A DNA stretch of 64,000 nt from a virus. Lineage: Duplodnaviria > Heunggongvirae > Uroviricota > Caudoviricetes. The notes beneath the pieces were generated by a model, which saw only the letters and a program-made list of their open reading frames with translations, ran no database searches and was not told the origin of the DNA. The stretch's first letter is position 1. The number at the start of each line of letters is the position of its first letter. Below are positions 36,659 through 45,719 of this stretch, piece after piece. Position numbers and translations under genes: made by a program. The stretch covers positions 3,554 through 67,553 of the IMG/VR virus record IMGVR_UViG_2541047850_000005. One strand, 5' to 3'.

Positions 36659-37744
36659 TCACACAGCCTCCGAACTCTCCGCTTCGGTGAGGATTTCCTG
36701 ACACAAAATATCCAACTTGCTCAGATCAAATCCGCCGTCAGTATCGTGGACAATCTTGCAATAAGCAGATACCGACTCTCCCAGGCTATCGATTTTGCTG
36801 GTTTCCGTTGTGCTTACTGTCCCTTCCATCATTGATGACTTACGGATGAAGTTGCACACGACACCTTTTGCACCCATTGTTTTGAGGATGTTCTGGTACT
36901 TAATGCCTTCTTCATCGTTCTCAATTACGGCGCGGAAACGCACGTAGTTGCCGCGAATTTGGTCATCGGCAACATAATCTTCTAGGTTAATGAATTTAGG
37001 CGCACTGGTTTCGTAGTGACTGAAACTGCCGTCCGGGTTTACGATCATGTAACCAGCCAGAGATCCAACATCTCCCCAATTTTGATGGGTCAGCGCACCG
37101 ACACTGATAACTCCAGGAATGACCTCTTTGTGGTTGTGGTAATGCCCACTAAGCACGAGACGAAAGCCGATATCCTTTAACTCCTGCGCATCGATACCGA
37201 CGTCAGGCATTGTTGGAATGGCTTTGTTAATGGATGTATGGATAACAACGTCATGATTATCACCTTCTACGCTCTTACGTAATGCTTTCAGATCGCTGAT
37301 AAGCTCCGCATGATTGTTACGCCAGCTAATCAGGTGGACAGTCACATCACCAATTTTTATTGAGTGTGGGCGTTTGCCACATACGATTACCACGCCGATA
37401 GAACTCAGCGATGCTGCTGCGTTGGCGCTATATACTGAATCGTTGGTTTCAAGATCGTGATTACCGGCCAGCATTACTACTGTCAGATCAAGCTCGTTGA
37501 TAATCCACTTGTACGTTTCAGTTACGTAATGCAAAACAGAAGGGGACACAGTTCCTCGGACGTGAAATGTATCACCGGCAACCAACATGTACTTACAACC
37601 GGCCTTCTTCATGGCGATGGCTGCTTCTTTCGTTGCTTCCAACTGTATTTCAAGTCTGGAGTTAAGCCCCTCAGCGTTCGTCGTGGAGAACGCATCCCAT
37701 TTGTGGTAGTGGCAGTCAGAAATGACGCCGTATGGCAAAGTCAT
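36659..37744 (-). CDS. SbcD/Mre11-like nuclease
   Basis: Metallophosphoesterase motifs DCHYH, GDTFH, GNHD and GHYHNH. Leader AGGAAAAACACATG. Confidence 0.85.
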   Translation of the reverse strand: MTLPYGVISDCHYHKWDAFSTTNAEGLNSRLEIQLEATKEAAIAMKKAGCKYMLVAGDTFHVRGTVSPSVLHYVTETYKWIINELDLTVVMLAGNHDLETNDSVYSANAAASLSSIGVVIVCGKRPHSIKIGDVTVHLISWRNNHAELISDLKALRKSVEGDNHDVVIHTSINKAIPTMPDVGIDAQELKDIGFRLVLSGHYHNHKEVIPGVISVGALTHQNWGDVGSLAGYMIVNPDGSFSHYETSAPKFINLEDYVADDQIRGNYVRFRAVIENDEEGIKYQNILKTMGAKGVVCNFIRKSSMMEGTVSTTETSKIDSLGESVSAYCKIVHDTDGGFDLSKLDILCQEILTEAESSEAV

Positions 37745-37998
37745 GTGTTTTTCCTTTGTGGTTATTTTGATACAAATTTTAAGAGCAATGAGAAGGTAAA
37801 CAACTATGCATAACGGTATGTTAGGAATGAAACGAGCGTCTTAATATACAAAATTTATAAGTAAGTATATACCTATTTGTTGTGACGCAACTTTGCTTGT
37901 CTGTATGACTAAAAATAAGACAGGATCACTGTAGAACGCTATGAGAGCTATTTTGAGGGGGCGTAGATTCTATCTACGCCAATATACGATCTGGAGGG

Positions 37999-38643
37999 TT
38001 ACAGCGCGTCAGTGGGCTTTTTACGCGCTGCGTTTATGCTTATGACGCCAGCTTTTGGACGTGGGTCAACAAGGTTAAGCTCTTCTTCACTGTGGTATTC
38101 GAGGTCGAACTCACGTTTTACATGTCTGATGTAGATTGCGGTGAGCAGGCTATCTTTGGTCAGAAAGTGTCCGTAGGATTTGCGGATCACTTCTTTTACC
38201 TTCTCGATTTTCTCACCACCCATACAGAGATGATTAAATCGGCTGTGTTTCCGCAACATTTCGTCTACTGGGCCTGAGTAAACCTTGTCCACTTTCCCAA
38301 AACGGATGATTTTCCCTGTGTCTGCGGATACGAGGCAAATCAGCTTGTCTGGTGATAAACGATCTCGCCACGTCACACCTGAACGGAGTGTGTTGAAGTA
38401 GGGGGCATCCAATCCGATGATCGGTTTACGAAATGCGAGCAATGGAACGTACCTGATGCAACTGTTTAAATGAAAATTCACACCAGCCTTATCAAGTTTT
38501 ATTCTGGTTTCGTAGATCGGGCACTTCGCCGCTATACCGCAGATGTCACAAAGCAACTTCTGCTTGTTCAGGTTGGAATTTGATTCGATAGTGTAGGAGC
38601 CGTCTTCAAGACGACGAACCCAGCGCGTGCGTTTTAGATCCAT
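37999..38643 (-). CDS. hypothetical protein (214 aa)
   Basis: Long ORF followed by terminator GGCGTAGAT..ATCTACGCC. Confidence 0.6.
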   Translation of the reverse strand: MDLKRTRWVRRLEDGSYTIESNSNLNKQKLLCDICGIAAKCPIYETRIKLDKAGVNFHLNSCIRYVPLLAFRKPIIGLDAPYFNTLRSGVTWRDRLSPDKLICLVSADTGKIIRFGKVDKVYSGPVDEMLRKHSRFNHLCMGGEKIEKVKEVIRKSYGHFLTKDSLLTAIYIRHVKREFDLEYHSEEELNLVDPRPKAGVISINAARKKPTDAL

Positions 38644-38721
38644 ATGTCATTTTTCTGTGATTGTTAGCCGAGGCAACGATAACCCACCAGGTGCGCCGAA
38701 GGTAGTAAATGCCTGTTTTAA

Positions 38722-38944
38722 TTATTCACATATCCACAGGATAGATCCTAATAAAGAGATCCATAGATAGATCCTTGTATAGATCAAATAAGATCCCCGA
38801 TCGCTGTAAGCCGCGCCACGACTGGTCTGAAGCCATGTTCATGTATGCTGTCAGCGGTAATTGATAGTCTGTCAGCGGTTCACCGTATGCTGCCAACTGT
38901 TTTTGGTATTCTGTCAGCGGCAAATCAAGTATGCTGTCAGCGGT
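38722..38944 (+). other. P1-oriR-like plasmid origin (DnaA boxes, GATC cluster, 5 iterons)
   Basis: TTATTCACA and ATATCCACA at 38722-38738. GATC at 38744, 38758, 38770, 38782, 38792 and 38799. Iterons at 38843-38944. Confidence 0.75.
38843..38944 (+). repeat. upstream iteron array (5 copies, spaced about 21 bp)
   Basis: GTATGCTGTCAGCGGT at 38843 and 38929. Variants at 38865, 38885 and 38906. Confidence 0.85.
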
Positions 38945-38964
38945 TGAATGACAAAGGTGTCCAC

Positions 38965-40059
38965 ATGTCCACAAAAAATAAAAAAGGTAAAAATAACAAA
39001 GAAGTAGAAGATAACATCGACAACTTTGAAGAAGGTTCCCTTGAATTGTACACAGGGGAACTTGTCCCTAATAGCAACAATACAGTCCAACCAATTGCGT
39101 TGATGCGACTGGGGTTGTTCGTCCCCACGCTTAAGGGAACAAAATACAGTAAACGTAACAAGCCAAATGAGATCGATGCTTCAAAGGAGCTTGTCCAGCT
39201 CGAAGTAGCCCGTTCTGAAGGCTATTCCGATATCAAGATAACCGGTCCTCGTCTCGACATGGATCATGATTTCAAAACGTGGGTGGGCGTTGTGCGTTCG
39301 CTGGCAGAATACGGCGAACCTAATGGTCGTGTCGAGTTAAGCATCACGAAATTTGCGAAGTTTTGTGGCTATCCATCGTCACAGATCCGCAAAACACTCC
39401 GCGACCGGCTTACAAACAGTCTTTTGAAGATCATGCGTACAACTCTGTCTTTCCAGAGAACGTATGAAGAAAAGAACGTCGACGGCTCTAACAAGATCTC
39501 GCTTCTGATGGTGCACCTCATCAATAGCGTGGACTACAACGAGCAGAAAGATACGGTGGTGTTCTATGCAGAACCGAAGCTGGCCGAACTATATCGCTTT
39601 GACCATAAGGTTCTTTTGCAGTTAAAGGTTATCAATAAGCTACCACGCAAAGAAACAGCACAGGCTCTGTACACCTTCATCGAAAGTCTTCCAACCAAGC
39701 CTGCGCCGGTATCGCTTGCTCGATTGCGTGCGCGACTCAATTTGAGTAGCAGGAATGTCAGCTCGCAGAATCAGACTATACGTAACGGCTTAAAAGCTCT
39801 CCAAGATTTGGGCTATCTCGAATACAGCGAGATTAAGCGTGGGCGGTCGATCTATATCCAGATTCACAGCCGCAATCCAAAACTCAAAGTCGCACCGCCA
39901 AAACCTGAAGACATCGAACCCAAAAAACCAGATGAGAAAGCTGGGGAAATTGATGCCAAACAGAACATTATCAACAAGATAACCGAACTTTCGCAGAATT
40001 TGACGCCTGAAAATATCAAGATGATTGAGATCCTTTCCAATAGTCTCAAACTGCTTTGA
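38965..40059 (+). CDS. repA: iteron-type replication initiator
   Basis: 364 aa from MSTKNKKGKNNKE. ATG lies 20 bp after the last iteron. The track start 38845 lies inside the iterons. Flanked by arrays as in P1/RepFIB. Confidence 0.8.
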   Translation: MSTKNKKGKNNKEVEDNIDNFEEGSLELYTGELVPNSNNTVQPIALMRLGLFVPTLKGTKYSKRNKPNEIDASKELVQLEVARSEGYSDIKITGPRLDMDHDFKTWVGVVRSLAEYGEPNGRVELSITKFAKFCGYPSSQIRKTLRDRLTNSLLKIMRTTLSFQRTYEEKNVDGSNKISLLMVHLINSVDYNEQKDTVVFYAEPKLAELYRFDHKVLLQLKVINKLPRKETAQALYTFIESLPTKPAPVSLARLRARLNLSSRNVSSQNQTIRNGLKALQDLGYLEYSEIKRGRSIYIQIHSRNPKLKVAPPKPEDIEPKKPDEKAGEIDAKQNIINKITELSQNLTPENIKMIEILSNSLKLL

Positions 40060-40176
40060 TATGCTGTCAGCGGTGAAATGTATGCTATCAGCGGCTATTT
40101 TTCTGAAAAGTATGCTGTGAACGGTTAAAGATATGCTACCAGCGGTATAGTGAGATAAACGTATGCTGTGAGCGGT
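40058..40176 (+). repeat. downstream iteron array A (5 copies)
   Basis: (G/A)TATGCT(G/A)(T/C)(C/G)A(G/A)CGG(T/C) at 40058, 40080, 40110, 40131 and 40161. Confidence 0.85.
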
Positions 40177-40336
40177 AAATCATCTATCACCACTCAATGC
40201 TCTTTTATACCTCCCCAGTGGTTACTAACCTCGAAGAGTGCATTCCATATAGGTTTGCGCTCACTAACATTCTATTCCCATTGCGCTGATTACTTGTAGT
40301 GAAAGGTATTTATTGCCTGCTGCTCCCTGATAGAAC

Positions 40337-40591
40337 GTATGCTGTCAGCGGTGTTTTATTGAGGAATTTTTGTTTGGATATGCTATCAGCGGTAATTAAT
40401 GGCATATGTCAGACCTTCGTATGCTGCCAGCGGTAATTTTGTTCTGGTTATACCCATACCGGTACACATTATTCATGCAATGTCTTAAGTATGCTGTCAG
40501 CGGTAAAAAATCGAGTAAAGTATGCTGTGAGCGGTGAGATAGACTCTCGATATGCTATCAGCGGCAGTTGATTGTGTATGCTGTCAGCGGT
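40337..40591 (+). repeat. downstream iteron array B (7 copies)
   Basis: Same 16-mer at 40337, 40378, 40419, 40489, 40520, 40550 and 40576, all in one orientation. Confidence 0.85.
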
Positions 40592-40600
40592 GACGACTAT

Positions 40601-40629
40601 GAAATATGACTGCGGAACGTGCCGCAGTC
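40601..40629 (-). terminator. terminator of the 40639..41186 operon
   Basis: GACTGCGG..CCGCAGTC hairpin followed by an AT-rich tail. Confidence 0.55.
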
Positions 40630-40638
40630 AGTTTGCAT

Positions 40639-40851
40639 TTAGTGTATTTTCTTCAACAGACCCCAAAGTGTTCCGGCTTTTGTAGTCAGTTTTCCTGTTT
40701 CTGGATCGTACATACGCCATTCACGCCGCTGGTGGACGATATACCCATCTTCACGTTCCAGACGCTCAAGAATGCCAGGCTGCTTGAAACCCTTAGCACG
40801 CCAGTATCCGCTTGTTTTCTCGATTTCCAGACCTGCCAGTGTTAATGCCAT
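40639..40851 (-). CDS. hypothetical protein (70 aa)
   Basis: The ORF start abuts the upstream stop. Confidence 0.5.
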   Translation of the reverse strand: MALTLAGLEIEKTSGYWRAKGFKQPGILERLEREDGYIVHQRREWRMYDPETGKLTTKAGTLWGLLKKIH

Positions 40852-41186
40852 TATCCAACCTCCTTGCAGTCATCGAAAAGGTAGCTTTGCTGAGAAGCGT
40901 GAACGCCATAGAAGCCCTTGTATTTGTTGTATACGAAGTGGTCTTCTCCGACGCCGGTTAATTTGCCATTACGGTTTGTGAGATATGGGGATGACAATAC
41001 TCGATCGTCACGCACAACATAGAACTGGTCGCCGCTGTCTACGACCATCGCTCCATATGGTGCTTTTATGACGTCGGTAAGAGCGCCATTCTTAACGTCG
41101 GCTACAGACATTTCACACTGATAAACAGTGGTGTCGGTCACAACGATCGAGGAAAGGAACAACAGAGCGAATGGGATGGCCTTCAT
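40851..41186 (-). CDS. secreted/periplasmic hypothetical protein (111 aa)
   Basis: Signal-peptide-like MKAIPFALLFLSSIVV. Confidence 0.6.
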   Translation of the reverse strand: MKAIPFALLFLSSIVVTDTTVYQCEMSVADVKNGALTDVIKAPYGAMVVDSGDQFYVVRDDRVLSSPYLTNRNGKLTGVGEDHFVYNKYKGFYGVHASQQSYLFDDCKEVG

Positions 41187-41401
41187 GCTGCCACCTCTTT
41201 GATTACATCAAATGCTGAATTAAATACGAGCACGATAGCCAAAGCGTTTATGACTACGTCGTTCACCGGGGAAAAGACTTTACGAATGACACCGGTGAAA
41301 ATGCAGTCGATGACAAAAGCTATTGAAACGATGAGTAACAAGTATTCAATAAAAATCTTAATGATAGGTAGATACTAACTTATATAAATTTTACTGTAAA
41401 C

Positions 41402-41677
41402 TCACTCAAAAGTGCTGATGCTTAAAATACGCTCAAGATGTGCGGCATCTTCATCACTGATTTGTTGAGTCTCTTCTACGTACCAACAGTTGCCGTTATG
41501 CCAACAAACACCATCATCATCAACCATCACTGAATCAGCGTCATGACCTGTATATTCAACGAGAATACGCTGGATCAGCGCGTCAGTTTCTTCGTCGTTA
41601 AGACCATCGGCTTTGACCATAAAAAGCGGAAACACGTCATAGACAGTGCTGGTAACGATTCGAACTAAAACTCTCAT
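41402..41677 (-). CDS. hypothetical protein (91 aa)
   Basis: ORF with leader AGGAAAAACACATG. Confidence 0.55.
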   Translation of the reverse strand: MRVLVRIVTSTVYDVFPLFMVKADGLNDEETDALIQRILVEYTGHDADSVMVDDDGVCWHNGNCWYVEETQQISDEDAAHLERILSISTFE

Positions 41678-41732
41678 GTGTTTTTCCTTTTGTGGTTAGT
41701 GTTTACTTATTTTGTTAGTTATGAATAGGCGA

Positions 41733-42158
41733 TCAATCTTCTTGTTTAGGGAAAAACTGTTCAATAACTCTGTCAACGGCTGTGTCTATATGGAGTAGAT
41801 GCCACACAACCATATCTTTGCTTCCCATGCCTTGTGTGAATATCACGTCATACTTACGCCATGCGCAGTGGAACCAATATGCTGAGTCATCAATTGGTAA
41901 ATCCTCTCCCGCCTCTTTGAAGTATTTCAGCAGCATTGCCTGCTCTGCCGTTGGCGTTGGGCCTATTTCCTGAGCGTACATACGGATGAATCGCTGCCAG
42001 TCTGTCTCGTCGGGGGTTGGATCTGGTGGGGTCATTTCTGAGATAGCGTTTCGTAGCTGATGCGCCCAATCAGGTTCAGGAAAGCCTTTTGCTACTTCAT
42101 CATCAATAACATCCAGAGCCACGTTTGCGGCATCGTAGAGTTTCTTAATAGCTGTCAT
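41733..42158 (-). CDS. hypothetical protein (141 aa)
   Basis: ORF with motif-1 promoter (42174-42189). Confidence 0.6.
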   Translation of the reverse strand: MTAIKKLYDAANVALDVIDDEVAKGFPEPDWAHQLRNAISEMTPPDPTPDETDWQRFIRMYAQEIGPTPTAEQAMLLKYFKEAGEDLPIDDSAYWFHCAWRKYDVIFTQGMGSKDMVVWHLLHIDTAVDRVIEQFFPKQED

Positions 42159-42207
42159 GTTTTCTTATCCTTTTAAACAAATTGTTTTCTTAATAAGATA
42201 ATTGCGA

Positions 42208-42233
42208 TAAAAAAGGCGTCCAACTGGACGCCT
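42208..42233 (-). terminator. rho-independent terminator
   Basis: AGGCGTCCAGTTGGACGCCT followed by TTTTTT on the minus strand. Confidence 0.8.
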
Positions 42234-42250
42234 GATCTTCTCAAAGAGAG

Positions 42251-43081
42251 TTATTTCACTGTAATGAAAGGAGTGTTAGCCCCTTGAGTCATGTACTGCG
42301 GTAACTGGCCATTCCATTTATTGATGGCTTCCAGCTCCATAACGTTCGGGTTTTGACGCAGAGCTTCACCGCGCAGACGAATGGCGTCTGCTTCTGCTTG
42401 CGCACGAGCACGGATAGCATCAGCTTCACCATTAGCCTGTTCACGTAGCATATTCGCCTCAGCTTTACGTTGTTCAACTTCCTGCTGACGTTGCAGAGTA
42501 CGCTGGTTAGCCGTTACTTTGGCGTTGATAGATTCAATGACGGTTTTTGGGTAATCAGGCTTTCCAACCCATGACAGGCTCAGTACCTCAATACCAACCG
42601 GAGACATCTCTTTCTGAATATCTTTCAGTGCGTTGTCCAGCAATTGTGCCTTACCACCGTCGATAAATGAGTCAGTGGTCATACGGCTGGCCAAACGGTT
42701 TAGAGAGTCGGCAATTTTCTGACGCAGATCTGATTCGGTGATATCGTCTACGCCTTTGCGATAGGTCTGGAACACCGTCGTTACCTTGTCACGATTAACC
42801 AGATACGCAACGCCAATTTTGTGACCAATAGCAGTACCGTCACTCATCTGGAATGTGAACGGCTCGTCGTAGGTCTTCATTTGTTTGAAGGTCGGGAATA
42901 CGTAAAGTTCGGTGTTAAGACCTGTCCATTGGCGACCAACGCCAACTACTTCACCAATCCCTTTGTCTTCACCTAATTTGTTTACTTTGATGCCAACGTA
43001 TCCAGGCTCCACGCGATCACAGCCAGTAAGACCCATTGTGCAAACAGCGGCCACGATCACTGCCAGTAAACCTTTCTTCAT
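42251..43081 (-). CDS. SPFH/band-7 (prohibitin-like) lipoprotein
   Basis: Lipobox LTGC. SPFH-like core and an Ala/Glu/Arg/Gln-rich coiled-coil tail. Confidence 0.75.
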   Translation of the reverse strand: MKKGLLAVIVAAVCTMGLTGCDRVEPGYVGIKVNKLGEDKGIGEVVGVGRQWTGLNTELYVFPTFKQMKTYDEPFTFQMSDGTAIGHKIGVAYLVNRDKVTTVFQTYRKGVDDITESDLRQKIADSLNRLASRMTTDSFIDGGKAQLLDNALKDIQKEMSPVGIEVLSLSWVGKPDYPKTVIESINAKVTANQRTLQRQQEVEQRKAEANMLREQANGEADAIRARAQAEADAIRLRGEALRQNPNVMELEAINKWNGQLPQYMTQGANTPFITVK

Positions 43082-43084
43082 TAC

Positions 43085-43285
43085 TTACTTCTCCTTCGAA
43101 TTGATGAGTGACTTTAGAAACTTACGACCTGCAATAAACCCGATCACAGGAGCGCCAAAAGCAACGATGATTCCAAGCATTACGGCAATGTCGCTTTTAG
43201 TAGAGATCAGCGACGGAACCAGCAAACAGTAGATGAAAACTACAGATAGACCTGTAACTACTGCCATAAGATAGAGTTTGATCAT
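43085..43285 (-). CDS. small membrane protein (66 aa) co-transcribed with the SPFH gene
   Basis: Two hydrophobic segments. Leader AGGAAAACACATG. Motif-2 site 43318-43337 upstream. Confidence 0.55.
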   Translation of the reverse strand: MIKLYLMAVVTGLSVVFIYCLLVPSLISTKSDIAVMLGIIVAFGAPVIGFIAGRKFLKSLINSKEK

Positions 43286-43347
43286 GTGTTTTCCTATGTG
43301 GTTGTTATGCGAAAATAATAAGTAAGTGCTTATGTATTTTCAAGAGA

Positions 43348-43372
43348 TAAAAAAGGCGTCCTGTGGACGCCT
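43348..43372 (-). terminator. rho-independent terminator after recA
   Basis: AGGCGTCCACAGGACGCCT followed by TTTTT on the minus strand. Confidence 0.8.
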
Positions 43373-43377
43373 TGTGT

Positions 43378-45717
43378 TTACTCTTCTACTGACTCGGTGG
43401 GGTTGTCTTTTGCTCTTCGGTCGTCGATTGCCTGCAAAGCCGCAATGATTTCAGCCAGTGGCTTCTCCCGATACATCTCGACGATCTGCGATTTGGTGTA
43501 TTTCTTGTCACCAATTTCAACTCGCCCGCTGGCGTTCTTTGGCAGGTATCCTTCTTCCAGCATGTACTCGACGAGCGATTCGATAACGTCGAGGCCACGA
43601 GTAGGATCGAAGTAGAATTTCCAGGTGCATTTGCCATACGGTGGTGCAACTTTGTTTTTGATGCATTCTGCGCCTACGTCCTGGCCGATCTTCTCTTTAC
43701 CATCCTTCATCACCGATGCACCAAGACGGATACGTACAGAAGCGTAGAACTTCGGTGAATCTCCACCTGGCGACGTAGTAGGGTCGCCAAACATTACACC
43801 GATTTTTGTGCGAACCTGATTCAAGAAGATGATGCAGGCGTTGTATTTGCGTGCCCACAAAGCCAGAGTAGGGAAGTTCGCACTTGTCGCACGAGCCAGT
43901 GCCGTATTGTCGTTCATGTTTAGCTGATCTTTGTCTTTGGCAGTGCCTTCAGCCATCTTTTCGAACTTCTCGGCTTTGGAGTTCGGAACCATAGACGCAA
44001 GTGAGTCAGCCACGATACAGATAGGTGCTGATTCAGGAATAAGCTCTTCATCACGTACCAATTTAAGAATTGTGCCGATCAACTCTACAGAGTCTTCGAA
44101 GGTATCAGGCTGCTTGTATACCCACTGACCGTCATCCTCATCTGCGTTCAGGCCATTGGCTACAGCCAGGCCAACGTCAAAACTGTTTTCATGATCGAGG
44201 AATACCGCCAGACCATCTTGTTTTTGAGCGGAGATCATCGCTGCTGTTGCAAGGAATGTGTTGTGGCTGATAATCCCGTTAGACCAGAAAGAGTGTGTTT
44301 CCGGCATCGCTACGTCGAACGTTGGTGCTTCACCTTCCTCAATAGCCACGACTTCGTCGTAGAATAAGTTAGAGCCAATTACCGCTGCCAGTTGTGCAAA
44401 CAGATGCTCGTTAAAACGATTCTTTCTGCCAATGAAGGAGACATAGATTTCTCGCAGTTTGTCTATTCCGACACGATCGCCGCGGCCAATAACGTGGTCT
44501 ACCAGAGCGTAGTCTTCACGGGTGGTCTTGGTGAGCGACTCGTAGAGTGATTTCACTAAGCCGCTGATGTGCGGAACATAGCCTGAGTAAGTGCGGTCAA
44601 AACCAATGTCCCGTTTGGTTGCCACTGATAAACGTGCCGGAGATTCGAAACCAATCGTTGACAGAAAAAGGTCGTAATTAGAGCCACTGAATGACAGCCG
44701 GTAATATGTATTTTCATAACCCGCGACGTGTTTTTCAGAGATAGTTGACGTAATCCCCAGATTCAGGAGCATGAGGCGAATTTGCTGTAGCAGCAGCCCA
44801 CTCGCGCTCACAACCTCAATGCAGCGACCACCATTGACGTGGCATTCCAGCTCAAAGTAGCCGCGAAGGAATGCAATTTGAGCCTCGCTATTGGCGCGAC
44901 GCACACTCAACGGAACCTGCTTGCCAGCAGCTTTCTCATACTCCAGACCATATTCTTTAAAAAGCAGCGAACGCACCTCTTTGCTAAACAGCACATGGTC
45001 TTCCGAGCCGTTATGTTTTCTCGTAACTGGCATCTTGTCTGATACCAGCGAAATGAGGCGGTAGTACTCATCCTTGATGAATGGATCTGTGTTAGAAAAA
45101 TGCACAGAATTTTCAGAGGCCACGTATCCGTCAGCAATTAAATAGCCCATCAGTTTTGCGATATTGGCATCCAAGTGCTGATCGCCGAATTGATGTGTGC
45201 CAACCATTGAAGGAATCGTGTCGCCTACACTGATTTTTTCAGCATACCGCCAGACGATATTGCCTAAGTCGTCAACCACACGAATTGGGTGACGGAACGT
45301 AGCCTCGATGTAACCCCCTGATGCCAGCTTAATGCGCTTGAATTTGCGACGGTTGTTCCATGTCAGGTGTGAGGTTTTCTCTATCACGCCATTTTCATTG
45401 ATGAGTCCAACGTTATGCTCTACATCGCGAGTAGTGCATGTTGCTTTGTGCCCCTCAATCTCAAACAGTTCTTTCACTGTTACCATTCCACGCTCCGTCA
45501 GCAGCATGGTGTCTGCGGTAACACATTTCCCCGCACTTGGAGGACCGAATACTTCGACGATACGACCACATGGGAAACCGCCATCGTAACGACCGGAAAT
45601 CGCTTTGTTTAACGGAGGAAAGCCTGTGTCAATCCAATGAGTTACTTTCTGAATTTCGTCGTTGCTACCGATTTTCTTTTTCAGAGCAAGTGCCAGTGCG
45701 GATTTTCCTTTTGCCAT
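43378..45717 (-). CDS. recA: RecA recombinase interrupted by an intein
   Basis: The exteins read GRIVEVFGPPSAGK|TFLA.., QPDTFE and FLNQVRTKIGVMFGDPTTSPGG..KFYASVR, which is RecA-like. Confidence 0.9.
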   Translation of the reverse strand: MAKGKSALALALKKKIGSNDEIQKVTHWIDTGFPPLNKAISGRYDGGFPCGRIVEVFGPPSAGKCVTADTMLLTERGMVTVKELFEIEGHKATCTTRDVEHNVGLINENGVIEKTSHLTWNNRRKFKRIKLASGGYIEATFRHPIRVVDDLGNIVWRYAEKISVGDTIPSMVGTHQFGDQHLDANIAKLMGYLIADGYVASENSVHFSNTDPFIKDEYYRLISLVSDKMPVTRKHNGSEDHVLFSKEVRSLLFKEYGLEYEKAAGKQVPLSVRRANSEAQIAFLRGYFELECHVNGGRCIEVVSASGLLLQQIRLMLLNLGITSTISEKHVAGYENTYYRLSFSGSNYDLFLSTIGFESPARLSVATKRDIGFDRTYSGYVPHISGLVKSLYESLTKTTREDYALVDHVIGRGDRVGIDKLREIYVSFIGRKNRFNEHLFAQLAAVIGSNLFYDEVVAIEEGEAPTFDVAMPETHSFWSNGIISHNTFLATAAMISAQKQDGLAVFLDHENSFDVGLAVANGLNADEDDGQWVYKQPDTFEDSVELIGTILKLVRDEELIPESAPICIVADSLASMVPNSKAEKFEKMAEGTAKDKDQLNMNDNTALARATSANFPTLALWARKYNACIIFLNQVRTKIGVMFGDPTTSPGGDSPKFYASVRIRLGASVMKDGKEKIGQDVGAECIKNKVAPPYGKCTWKFYFDPTRGLDVIESLVEYMLEEGYLPKNASGRVEIGDKKYTKSQIVEMYREKPLAEIIAALQAIDDRRAKDNPTESVEE
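44260..45525 (-). other. 422-aa intein with a LAGLIDADG homing-endonuclease domain inside the RecA Walker A
   Basis: Starts with Cys (GK|CVTADT) and ends ..GIISHN|T. LMGYLIADGY and FLRGYFELECH blocks. Confidence 0.85.
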
Positions 45718-45719
45718 GA

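Noticed and set aside
38843-40591. Regularly recurring 16-bp repeats that could be mistaken for a CRISPR array.
   Set aside because: The repeats are short, degenerate and irregularly spaced. They flank a rep gene, lie next to DnaA boxes and a GATC cluster, and no cas genes are present. They are plasmid iterons.
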